In this document: positions 24,801-33,619 of the stretch, piece after piece
Layout of the letters: every line of letters begins with the position of its first letter
Numbering within the stretch: position 1 is the stretch's first letter
Source: Deltaproteobacteria bacterium HGW-Deltaproteobacteria-19
Lineage (GTDB): Bacteria > Desulfobacterota > Syntrophia > Syntrophales > PHBD01
DNA: 64,000 nt
NCBI GenBank assembly: GCA_002841865.1
Contig: PHBD01000013.1
Coordinates: forward strand, 6,524 to 70,523
Direction: 5' to 3'
Notes under the pieces: model-generated
The model's database searches: none
What the model was told of the DNA's origin: nothing
The model's input: the letters and a program-made list of their open reading frames with translations, nothing else
Translations under genes and position numbers: made by a program

Positions 24801-25619
24801 ATGGACAAGGTCATCATCACCGCCGCCATCACGGGCAGCCGCATGATGCGCGACGTCGCCCCCCACATCCCCATCACGCCGGAGGAGATTGCGACCTCAG
24901 CCGTCGAGGCCTGGCAGGCCGGGGCCTCCATCGTTCACCTTCATGTCCGGGATCCGGAGACGGGCCTCGGCTCCCAGGATCTCGACCTGTTCCGGCGGGT
25001 CGTGGAGCCCCTCCGGGAGAAGACGGACCTGATCCTGAGCCTCACCACCAGCGGCATTCCCGGGCGGAACCTGCCGACGGAGGAGCGCCTGGCGCCCCTG
25101 GCCCTGAAGCCCGAGCTGGCCTCCTTTGACGCCGGCTCGATCAATCTCGGCGGCCGCGTCTTCGCCAACAGCCCGGACTTCCTGGACGATGCCGCCCGGA
25201 TGATGCGGGAGGCGGGGGTGAAGCCGGAGATCGAGGTCTTCGACCTGGGAATGCTCGTCACGGCCGTCCGGATGCGGGACGAGGGGAAACTGGACGACCC
25301 GCTCCATTTCCAGTTCGTCCTGGGGACCCCCTGGGGCGCGCCGGCGACGCCCAAGTCTTTCCTCCACCTTCACGAGCATCTGCCCGCGGACGCCACCTGG
25401 TCGACCATCGGCATCGGCCGGGGCTCCCTGCCCATGGCCATGATGGCCCTCATCCTGGACGGCCACATCCGGGTGGGCATGGAAGACAACATCTACCTGG
25501 ACCGGGGGGTGCCGGCGAAGACGAACGCCGAGCTGGTGGAGCGGGTGGTCCGCATCTGCCGGGCCTACGGCCGGGACATCGCCACGCCCGCCGAGGCGAG
25601 AAAGATCCTGGGATTTTAG
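24801..25619 (+). CDS. 3-keto-5-aminohexanoate cleavage enzyme family (BKACE/DUF849)
   Basis: VIITAAITGS...PITPEEIATSAVEAWQAGASIVHLHVRD. Confidence 0.8.
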   Translation: MDKVIITAAITGSRMMRDVAPHIPITPEEIATSAVEAWQAGASIVHLHVRDPETGLGSQDLDLFRRVVEPLREKTDLILSLTTSGIPGRNLPTEERLAPLALKPELASFDAGSINLGGRVFANSPDFLDDAARMMREAGVKPEIEVFDLGMLVTAVRMRDEGKLDDPLHFQFVLGTPWGAPATPKSFLHLHEHLPADATWSTIGIGRGSLPMAMMALILDGHIRVGMEDNIYLDRGVPAKTNAELVERVVRICRAYGRDIATPAEARKILGF

Positions 25620-25892
25620 TTTCCTGCCGAAATTCGGATTCATTCTTTCAACGAGGCAAACCATTCGTTTCCACCGGATTGCCGCCTTCCGGGCGGCAAT
25701 CCACCGTTCCAAGGACCGGACTATCCCATTGCCCCGCCACACCTGCTCCGACGGGGACAAAGCCGGCCGACCGGCTTCCACGTGTGGTAGGCAAAGGTTT
25801 TCTTCCCTTCTGTACGGCTGACGTGCACCCGCTTCAGCCCCGTTTGATTTCCCCGTAATAATTTTCATCCCGGATGCACCTATCGGCCATGA

Positions 25893-26762
25893 CCAAACGG
25901 TAAGGAGGAGGCACAGATCAAGCAGACCCTGGCGAAACGGAAGCTGTACGATGTCGAGAGCGCCGTCCTGGCCGGCAAGACGACGGCCTCCAGCCTGGCG
26001 GGATTGAAGGCGGCCGTGGCCGACGAGGACCAGAACCTTCTGAAGATCCGGATCCAGATCGACGACTATTCCGCCGACCTGAGGCACCTGATCGGACTGC
26101 CGTTCTCAACTCCATTCGTCCTCGATCCGGTGAGCTTCGACGATGCCGCATACGATCTCTTGCCGGTGGACGCCCTGGCGCGGGAGGCACAGGCCGGCAA
26201 CAGCGATCTGAAGGCGGCGGCCGTTCAGAAAGCCAAGGCCGAGCATGCGATCGATGCCAGCCGATACAGCTACCTGCCGGATTTCGGCGTGATGGGCGGC
26301 TATACCTGGCAGGAGGGCAGCGCGCACTTCCGGCAGAGCGCGATCCATTCCGGGTTCGATCCGGGCTGGAACGTCCGGGATGCCTTCATCGGCGTCTCTC
26401 TCCAGTGGAACATCCAGGATGCCGTCTCCAACGTGTACGTGAAGAGGCAGCGCCTCGCCCTGAAAAGGCAGGCCGAAGAGAACCTGGCCAACACGCGGGA
26501 GCAGGTGAATGCGGACATCGAAAAGGCGCACCGGAAGGCCTCCCAGGCGGTTGAACTGATTGCCGTCGCCGGGAAGGTGGTCGATTACCGCCGGGAGGAT
26601 TACCGGATCCAGAAGGACCGGTACGAGGCCGGGCTGAGTCTCGAAGCGGACTATCTCACGGCGAAGGCGGCCCTCATGAAGGCCGAATCGGATCTATTCG
26701 CCGCGCAGCTGAATTACCGGGTCGTCGTGACGGACCTGCAGCTTCTGGCGGGGAGGCTGTAG
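25893..26762 (+). pseudogene. 5'-truncated TolC-family outer-membrane channel gene (C-terminal half only)
   Basis: The frame is open from 25893, after an in-frame TGA at 25890. It starts mid-protein (EAQIKQTLAKRKLYDVESAVLAG...) and ends with the typical LEADYLTAKAALMKAESDLFAAQLNYRVVVTDLQLLAG. There is no signal peptide or first repeat, and no MFP or pump genes are nearby. Confidence 0.6.
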
Positions 26763-26973
26763 CGGTTCGAGAGGGCATGGAAGTCCGATTCCACCAGTCC
26801 GTTTTCAGCGGCCAACGCCGATTCAGTCGTGTCTCTGCGGGGAACTCCGTTTGCGGCAGGCGGCATCCGGCTCACACCAATCGATGCCGGCCTGGAACCG
26901 GATCGACCTTTTCCACTGTGATCGGAATCGCCGCACCCGGGGCCACTCGATTGGAATGGATCCGTATATTTCT

Positions 26974-27002
26974 TTGACATACCAGGGTGTTTCGTTTATA
27001 CA
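26974..27002 (+). promoter_or_regulatory. possible sigma70 promoter
   Basis: TTGACA (26974-26979), a 17-nt spacer, then TATACA (26997-27002). It lies about 65 nt upstream of the ATG at 27066. Confidence 0.4.
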
Positions 27003-27065
27003 GGCCAGCAAAACAATAGTTGTTTTCTATCAATTCCCTCAACTCAACCGCGAAAGGAGAACGTC

Positions 27066-28061
27066 ATGATCTTTCCCCGCCGATTTTCCCTCTCCCTGTG
27101 CCGAACTTTTTCGGTTGCCATTGTTATTTTGTTCTTCCTCTGTATCCCTCAGGTCCAGGCGTTTTCCCTGGAGGGGGCACTGAAAAAGGTGATCCCGCCG
27201 ATCAAGAAGTCGCCCGCAGCGCAAGCGCAGCCGTCTGACCAGAGATCCTCACCGACCGGCGGCTCCGCGATCTCGTCCGGCATCCCCGTGAAAGGGCTGG
27301 CAGGTGAGATTTCGCCGAACCTGCAGTTTTCCGTGACAAAGAACCTCACGACCTATGAAGGCTCAAACATGGAGTTTGTGCCGGGAGACTGGGTCGTCGG
27401 ATTTACAAAGAGTTTCGACAAGCAGGTCGCCGCTGAAAACCAGGACAAGGACGTGACCTTCATCTACGAGTTCCATACGGACGGCAAACTGCTGGCAACG
27501 CATTCCTTCAAACGGAAATTTCAGCTTCAGGGCAGCTACTTCCAGTTCAACATCCTGCCGGATCCCTCGTCCTCGGTGAACAAGTCCCTGCGCTGGGACT
27601 GGTCCGGCCGCTTTGCTGTCGCCCTGTCCACCCTGTCCGCAGGCAAACATCCCATCCTGGTCAAGGGATACATCGAGTCGAGCGGCAAGAAGACGTTGGT
27701 GATGCTCGGCACCGTGACGTACAACAATACGGCCGGTAACGGCCAAATGGCCAGTTACGGCCCGCAGATCGACAAAAACGCCAGCTTCGATATCGAGGCG
27801 GAGAACGCCAAATTCAAGAGCAAGGGGGAGTGGGAGGACTTCAGGCTAAACGTCTACAACGACTGCGGCGTGAGGGTGATCATCAAATTTGCCAACAAGA
27901 AAAGCTCCGACTGGACCTTGTCGCTGTCTCCCCTTGAGACCAAGAGCATCACCATCACGGATATGGAGTCCATTTACGTCAAAAAACCCGGTCGGGATTT
28001 TATCAGCGGTCCGTCCGTGTCGACCTTCGACAAGGGGAAAACCATCCGACTGTGCCGCTGA
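27066..28061 (+). CDS. secreted protein, function unknown
   Basis: AGGAGAA RBS. Signal peptide ending VQA|FS. 331 aa. GC is lower than in the core genes. No family recognised. Confidence 0.55.
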   Translation: MIFPRRFSLSLCRTFSVAIVILFFLCIPQVQAFSLEGALKKVIPPIKKSPAAQAQPSDQRSSPTGGSAISSGIPVKGLAGEISPNLQFSVTKNLTTYEGSNMEFVPGDWVVGFTKSFDKQVAAENQDKDVTFIYEFHTDGKLLATHSFKRKFQLQGSYFQFNILPDPSSSVNKSLRWDWSGRFAVALSTLSAGKHPILVKGYIESSGKKTLVMLGTVTYNNTAGNGQMASYGPQIDKNASFDIEAENAKFKSKGEWEDFRLNVYNDCGVRVIIKFANKKSSDWTLSLSPLETKSITITDMESIYVKKPGRDFISGPSVSTFDKGKTIRLCR

Positions 28062-28236
28062 CAGAGCAGGCGGCTTCAAGAAAACGGTCGGGAAGGAAAA
28101 TGTGAAACTGAAAAAATCGCGAACAGGAACGATCGATATTTAGAATTTTCTTGAGCCCGGATACGGGTTTATAAAAACGCGGTTGTCCATTTTGGATGGT
28201 GCTCAAGAGATTTCAAAAAAACTTAAAGGAGGATGT

Positions 28237-28488
28237 ATGAAGAAATTGTTGATCGGAATCGTTGTGGTTGCTTTTTTCGCGTCGAGCAGTGCGTTTGCCC
28301 TCCAGGGCAAGGAATTGGTGGACTGCGGCATTCAGGTTTCTAAAGCATTGGACGAAGATAATAAGAAATGCCATGAAAAGTATGGGCAGGACGGATCGAA
28401 AGACAGAAAAGGATTCAATAAGTGCAAATATTATGCGAAAGATAAGTATGAGGAAGGCAACAAGAAGTGCAAAGAAAGAACTAAGTAG
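28237..28488 (+). CDS. small secreted Lys/Cys-rich protein, 83 aa
   Basis: AAAGGAGG lies 6 nt upstream of the ATG at 28237. Signal peptide ends SSAFA|LQ. NKKC/NKC motifs recur (DNKKCHEKY, FNKCKYY, GNKKCKE). Confidence 0.5.
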   Translation: MKKLLIGIVVVAFFASSSAFALQGKELVDCGIQVSKALDEDNKKCHEKYGQDGSKDRKGFNKCKYYAKDKYEEGNKKCKERTK

Positions 28489-28580
28489 ATAACAGTATTT
28501 CTTGTGGCGAGTGGACTTGCGGATCAACAGGTCGCGATAGCTGATATCCTGTGCGCCAGCCTTCCACTCCGTCAGCACAA

Positions 28581-28620
28581 AGAAAGGGCTGCAGGCCGTT
28601 GGTGGTCTGCAGCCCTTTCT
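28581..28620. terminator. strong hairpin (bidirectional terminator candidate)
   Basis: agaaagggctgcag (28581-28594) pairs with ctgcagccctttct (28607-28620). The 14-bp stem is perfect and is flanked by A-rich and T-rich tracts. Confidence 0.6.
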
Positions 28621-28767
28621 TATGTTGGCCGCCGGACGCAGCGTGGCGGCGGGCGCTGATTGACGGGGCCACGCCCTTTCTTCGAGGGATCGTTCATCAT
28701 TTGTTGCTGTGATTTCAATCGGATGTATCAGAACCGTGAAAATTCTATTTCTGCAAGAGAAATTTCA

Positions 28768-28900
28768 TGGTTCATGCCCAGGCTGAGTCCAGGTGGGACT
28801 TGACAGGCGGTCGTTGTTTTCGAACGCCCGTGCGTGTACAGCGGCTGTCGGTAAGATACAGCCCCCGACAGCGGTTCATCCCCACGCCCGTGGGGAAGGC
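28768..28900 (-). CRISPR. decayed orphan type I-E-like CRISPR remnant (one good repeat, degenerate copies distal)
   Basis: The minus strand at 28900..28872 reads GCCTTCCCCACGGGCGTGGGGATGAACCG. This is 29 nt, with a CCCCAC/GTGGGG stem and an ...ATGAACCG 3' end. A degenerate copy sharing CACGGGCGT lies 60 nt away (28808-28840), and a more eroded copy at 28768-28798. No cas genes are in the window. Confidence 0.4.
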
Positions 28901-29085
28901 CTGTGTTTTCGCCGCAGTTATGAACAGAAGGGGGGTGGCAAATTTCCCCCACCCTTTGGGTAAGCCCTTGTCACAGCGATTCAATTGACTGCTGCATGTG
29001 CATCCGTGTTTGGGCCGGATGATTCTTCGTGCACGAGAGTAGCAGGCGTTTTTTCCCCTGCCGGCGTTGTGGGGCGCCCGACCCA

Positions 29086-29955
29086 TCATGGTTTCAGCCG
29101 CCCCATCCACCCGTCGATGAAGCCCGCCACCTCCTGCCAGCCCGGTTCGGCGATGAGGAAGTGGTCGCGGCCGGGGAACTCACGGTACATGGAGACGGCC
29201 CCGTACTTCTGGTGGATCTTCTTGACGATGGAGGGGGGCAGGAGGCGGTCCTCCCCGGCGGCGATAGTCAGGACGGGACAGGTCACCTTTGATGCGTCCA
29301 CCTCCGTCGCCTTGCTGTGGTCGAGGAACCAGAAGCTGATCTCCAGGGCCGCCTTCGGAGACTCGTAGGTCATTTTTTCGAATACCCGCTTCCGCTGATC
29401 TTCCGGCATGCGGTGGAAGGAAGAGTATACGGCCCCTTCGAAGGTCGGGCGGATCGGCTCTTTCCATGATCCCCAGCGTCCCATGTTCATCCAGGCGCTT
29501 TTGAAACCGGTCCAGGAAAGGGGGCTGACGCCCCGGGGAAAGGCCGGTGCCACGAGGACCGCCGCCTTCGCCAGGCCCCGGCTTGCCAGGATCTGGGCGA
29601 CGAGGCCGCCCATGGAATGGCCGATGATGATCGGCTTCGTGGGGAGGGCCCGGATCTCTTTCTCAACATCCGCTGCGTAATCCAGGATGCCCGTGTCCGT
29701 GAGGCGCGGATCCGGCGGGGAGCTGAGGGGGATGTTGTGATACCGGAGGGTCGGGGTGACGACCTTGTAGCCCCGGGCCTCGAAGTAGGTTCGGAAGGAA
29801 TCCCAGCACCAGGGGCCGACGAACATGCCATGGATCATGACGAGGATCGGTTTTTCCCCCTGGGGCTTGTTCACGGCATCTGCGGCCGGTGCCGGGGCCG
29901 CAAAGACCAGCAGGGCGGTCAGGATTGCCAGGACGCAGTTCAAAGCACGTTTCAT
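29086..29955 (-). CDS. alpha/beta hydrolase (secreted)
   Basis: ATG at 29955 follows GGAGGAAG. Signal peptide. HGMFVG...GHSMGG nucleophile elbow. Confidence 0.75.
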   Translation of the reverse strand: MKRALNCVLAILTALLVFAAPAPAADAVNKPQGEKPILVMIHGMFVGPWCWDSFRTYFEARGYKVVTPTLRYHNIPLSSPPDPRLTDTGILDYAADVEKEIRALPTKPIIIGHSMGGLVAQILASRGLAKAAVLVAPAFPRGVSPLSWTGFKSAWMNMGRWGSWKEPIRPTFEGAVYSSFHRMPEDQRKRVFEKMTYESPKAALEISFWFLDHSKATEVDASKVTCPVLTIAAGEDRLLPPSIVKKIHQKYGAVSMYREFPGRDHFLIAEPGWQEVAGFIDGWMGRLKP

Positions 29956-30016
29956 GTCTTCCTCCAGGTGAGGCTCCCCGGGATTCAATGTCCCGCGGAA
30001 CAGCGAATATGAAGGA

Positions 30017-30793
30017 TCAGCCGGCAGTCCAGGCGTACATCAGGATCGCCGCCGCCTGCGGCAGGCTGAGCGATTCGGCGTCGCCTTTCCCGGGGATCGT
30101 CCAGTGCTCGTCCGCCAGGGCCAGGAGATCCTCCGGCAGGCCGTGGCTCTCGCTCCCCAGCAGGATCGCCGACGCGCCGCCCGTGTGAGGAGGAATGCCG
30201 CCCGCGGCGACGGCCGCCGCCACCGGCCCGCGCTTCTTCAGGACCGGGATCGCCTCCCGGAGTTCCATGTCCTCCAGGACATTCAGGTGGAAAAGACTCC
30301 CCATGGAGGCCCGGACCGCCTTCGGGTTTGTCGGGCTCACCGATCCAGGGTCGATCAGGATCGTCCGGATGCCGAACCAGTGGGCTGTCCGGAGCAGGGC
30401 GCCCAGGTTGTTCGGATTGTTCACCTCGTGGAGGCAGAGAACGGGGCCGGCCTCCCGCAAGAAGACCGCCGCTGGCTCCTCCCGCTCGGTAACGGGTACG
30501 ACGGCTATGATCCCCTCGGGCTGGACGTCCTGGCTCAGTCCCTTCCAGTCTTCCTCTCTCACTGTGTAGACGGGGGCTCTTCCGGCCAGAGCGGCCAGGA
30601 AGGGCGACCAGGATTCCTCGCGATCCTTCCGGACGAGGACCGCCTCGACGGGCCGGGCACTTCGTTCGAGCTCCCGGACGACCTTCACCCCCTCCGCCAG
30701 GAACAGGCCTTCCTGCCGCCGGTATTTCGCCATGCGGAGCTTCCGCCAGGCCTGGATCTCGGATCGGGAGGGGGCTGGAAAGCGCTCGGTCAA
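30017..30793 (-). CDS. TrmH/SpoU-family RNA 2'-O-methyltransferase
   Basis: FLAEGVKVVRE.., NPNNLGALLRTA, LLGSESHGL, SLSLPQAAAILMY. Confidence 0.8.
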   Translation of the reverse strand: MTERFPAPSRSEIQAWRKLRMAKYRRQEGLFLAEGVKVVRELERSARPVEAVLVRKDREESWSPFLAALAGRAPVYTVREEDWKGLSQDVQPEGIIAVVPVTEREEPAAVFLREAGPVLCLHEVNNPNNLGALLRTAHWFGIRTILIDPGSVSPTNPKAVRASMGSLFHLNVLEDMELREAIPVLKKRGPVAAAVAAGGIPPHTGGASAILLGSESHGLPEDLLALADEHWTIPGKGDAESLSLPQAAAILMYAWTAG

Positions 30794-30808
30794 AGTCGAA
30801 TCCTCCGG

Positions 30809-31771
30809 TTATGCCGGCGGGGGGCCGTCTTCCATTGAGACGCCGATATCTCCCTCTTCGACCGGCTTGGGCCACAGGATGGAGGCCAGGATGGACAGGG
30901 CCAGGACGCCGACGATCACCCCGAGGGAGACGAAAACAGGGATCTTCACCAGTTCCGTCAGGAGCATCTTGACGCCCACGAACGTGAGGATGACCACCAG
31001 GCCGTAGTGGAGGTAGTGAAAGATCCGCATCAGGCCCGAGAGGGCAAAGAAGAGGGAACGAAGCCCCAGGATGGCGAAGACGTTGGACGTGTAGACGATG
31101 AAGGGGTCCGTTGTGATGGCCAGGACCGCCGGGATGGAGTCGACGGCGAAGAGGATGTCCGTCGTCTCCAGGGCCAGCACCACGGCGAACAGCGGCGTGG
31201 CGTGGCGGACGCCGTCTTTGACCAGGAAGAAGCGCCCCCCGTCGTAGGAGTTGTCCACCGGCATGATCCTGCAGAGACCCCTCAGGACGGGGTTCTTCTC
31301 CGGGTGGACCTCCCGGTCCTTGCTCACGGCCATCTTGGCCGCCGTGAAGATCAGGAACAGGCCAAAGACGTAGATGACCCACTCGAATCGCTCGATGAGG
31401 GCGACGCCGGCAAAGATGAAGATGGCCCGGATGATCAGGGCCCCGAGGATGCCCCAGAAGAGGGCCTTGTGCTCGTACCGGGCGGGCACCTGGAAGTACC
31501 CGAAAATCATGAGGAAGACGAAGAGATTGTCGACGCTCAGCGAATACTCTATGAGGTAGCCCGCCAGGAACTCCAGGGCCTTGTGGTGCCCCTCGAACCA
31601 GTAGATGCCGCCGCAGAAGAGCATTGCCAGGCCGACCCAGAAGCCGGTCCACAGGAGGGCCTCCTTGACGTCGACCACGTGGGCCTTCCGGTTGAAAACC
31701 CCCAGGTCCAGGGCTAGAAAAACGAGAACGAGAATGGCGAAAACGATCCAGCCGACCACAGTAACGGTCAT
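30809..31771 (-). CDS. TerC-family integral membrane protein
   Basis: AGYLIEYSLSVDNLFVFLMIF and FAVDSIPAVLAIT motifs. Multi-pass membrane protein. Confidence 0.85.
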   Translation of the reverse strand: MTVTVVGWIVFAILVLVFLALDLGVFNRKAHVVDVKEALLWTGFWVGLAMLFCGGIYWFEGHHKALEFLAGYLIEYSLSVDNLFVFLMIFGYFQVPARYEHKALFWGILGALIIRAIFIFAGVALIERFEWVIYVFGLFLIFTAAKMAVSKDREVHPEKNPVLRGLCRIMPVDNSYDGGRFFLVKDGVRHATPLFAVVLALETTDILFAVDSIPAVLAITTDPFIVYTSNVFAILGLRSLFFALSGLMRIFHYLHYGLVVILTFVGVKMLLTELVKIPVFVSLGVIVGVLALSILASILWPKPVEEGDIGVSMEDGPPPA

Positions 31772-31786
31772 TTTTCCCTGCCTTGG

Positions 31787-32974
31787 TTACGATTCCGGAA
31801 AACCGGCACGGATGGTATGCCCTGCGAACTGGGAGAGGTTGTGAATGATGCCCTTCTCCCGGCGAAAGCCGAGGCCGCAGGGCTCCCAGGAGAAGAAGAC
31901 CCCCGCCTGGTAGAGACGGCCTTCGCCGTCGGTGGGGAGGTCCGCGAACTCCTGAAAAATGGAGCGATACGATACATAATCCCCGTCCCTTCTGTCCAGT
32001 TCATTTCCCGCCTTGTCGAGGATCCGTACGTTGTCCCCCTCCCGGCTGAAGGTTTTCTTCTCCACGCAGGAGGTTCCGCGGAGCGGCTCGAAGGAAGTCT
32101 CCAGAAGGAGCGGATGGCCCGGGAAAAGGTCCCAGAGGACCTTCAGAATGCCCTTCGACTGGAAGAGGAGCGAGTAGGGCGGATTCATGAGGATGACCTT
32201 GTCCCGCCGGAGCAGGCCCGTCAGCAGTTCCGCCAGCTCCGGCTCCTCCATGGCGATGTACTCGTAGGGAAGGAGCTTGTACCAGAAATCGAAGCGGTCG
32301 CCCGCATGATTGGAGATTCCCTCCTCATCGAAGCATACATCGTGTGCGTACTCGAAGCCGGTGATGAATCCCGCCTCGTAGGCCATTTCCTCGAGGAGGC
32401 GGGTCGTGTTCTCGTCTTCCAGGCCCATGTCCAGGCAGGAGAAGAGGACGCAGGGGATGGGGGCGTCGGCGCCGGCGAAGGCGGGGTGGATATTGCGGGT
32501 CCGGATGAAGGATTCCTGCACGGTCTCGTAAAGTCGGTTGAACTGCCTCTCCTCGTCCAGGCCGTTGTGGCGGAGGATCATCCACTGGATGAGGGCCGTC
32601 TCGAAAATCGTCGAGGGCGTGTCGGCGTTGAATTCGATGAGCTTGATGGGTATTCCGTCCAGCCCGCCGGCCAGGTCGAAGCGCCCGAGCAGGTGAAAGT
32701 GGCGGTCGTCCTCCCAGCTGAGCCGGATCATCTCCACCAGGTTTTCCGGGATGTCCAGGAGTTCGAAAAGCTTCTGATCGATGACGTGCTGGGCCGCCTG
32801 GACATACATGCCGTAGAGCTCTTCCGCAGCCCGGTAGAAGGCCTCCCCTTCCCCGGCCGTCACCTGGACCAGTTCGTCCGCCACGTAGTCCAGATCGCCG
32901 GGGGACTGGTACCAGTAGAACCCGACCTGTTCGAAGATGGACGGGGGGATGGGATTCACCGGAAGGGTATGCAC
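31787..32974 (-). CDS. glutathionylspermidine-synthase-like ATP-grasp protein (YgiC/YjfC family)
   Basis: LLGRFDLAGGLDGIPIKLIEFNADTPSTIFE and the RLYQAGVFFSWE region. Confidence 0.8.
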   Translation of the reverse strand: MHTLPVNPIPPSIFEQVGFYWYQSPGDLDYVADELVQVTAGEGEAFYRAAEELYGMYVQAAQHVIDQKLFELLDIPENLVEMIRLSWEDDRHFHLLGRFDLAGGLDGIPIKLIEFNADTPSTIFETALIQWMILRHNGLDEERQFNRLYETVQESFIRTRNIHPAFAGADAPIPCVLFSCLDMGLEDENTTRLLEEMAYEAGFITGFEYAHDVCFDEEGISNHAGDRFDFWYKLLPYEYIAMEEPELAELLTGLLRRDKVILMNPPYSLLFQSKGILKVLWDLFPGHPLLLETSFEPLRGTSCVEKKTFSREGDNVRILDKAGNELDRRDGDYVSYRSIFQEFADLPTDGEGRLYQAGVFFSWEPCGLGFRREKGIIHNLSQFAGHTIRAGFPES

Positions 32975-32979
32975 GGCCG

Positions 32980-33600
32980 TCAGCCCGAGAAGCTTCGGAA
33001 GCTGCTGGTCATCCGGGAGAAAAACCCGGTTTTCCGGGCGCCCGGCGAGGATGACGCATAATTGCGGTTTCCGTAGCTGTATCCGTAGTAACGGCTTCCA
33101 TACCAGTAGCTTGACCTGGGGCTGCCCGTCCGCCTCTCCTCTTCCTTGAGGCGCTCCTCCAGGGGCAGGCGGCTGGCCAGGCTCTGCTGGTAGACGGCCT
33201 CGTTTCCGTAGACGAAGGGATTCGGGGACGTGTTCTTGCCCATCATGTACCCCAGGAGGCCCGCCGACAGGACGGTTCCCATGCCCAGCATGTTCCGCTC
33301 CTGGCCCGCCCCGTCCATCAGGCCCCGGACCTTGTCCTCCGGAAGGGTCTCGCTGGTTCCGTCCCGCCTTTTCACAACGACCCCCGTGGTGCTGCTGGGG
33401 TATTCCCTCATGATCTTGTAGTCCCCCGGTGCCGTTTCCTCGAGCTCGGTCATGACGCCGGCCTTCCGCTCCTGCATGACGTTTCCGTCCGTGCCGCCGG
33501 TCGTCGTAACCGGCGCCTCGTCGCAGCCCGTGAGAAGGGTATGGGCCAGGAAAAAGACACCTCCCGCTATCATTCGGCTTTTGCGCCCCGGCTGTTTCAT
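32980..33600 (-). CDS. DUF1190 (YgiB/YjfM-like) lipoprotein
   Basis: Lipobox LLTGC. LSAGLLGYMMGK segment. The C-terminal tail is Ser/Gly/Tyr-rich, like E. coli YgiB. Confidence 0.6.
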   Translation of the reverse strand: MKQPGRKSRMIAGGVFFLAHTLLTGCDEAPVTTTGGTDGNVMQERKAGVMTELEETAPGDYKIMREYPSSTTGVVVKRRDGTSETLPEDKVRGLMDGAGQERNMLGMGTVLSAGLLGYMMGKNTSPNPFVYGNEAVYQQSLASRLPLEERLKEEERRTGSPRSSYWYGSRYYGYSYGNRNYASSSPGARKTGFFSRMTSSFRSFSG

Positions 33601-33619
33601 GGCTTCCTCCTGATCCCGG

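Noticed and set aside
31772-31786. yybP-ykoY Mn riboswitch upstream of terC.
   Set aside because: Only 15 nt separate terC from the preceding gene, so there is no room for a riboswitch. terC appears to be co-transcribed.
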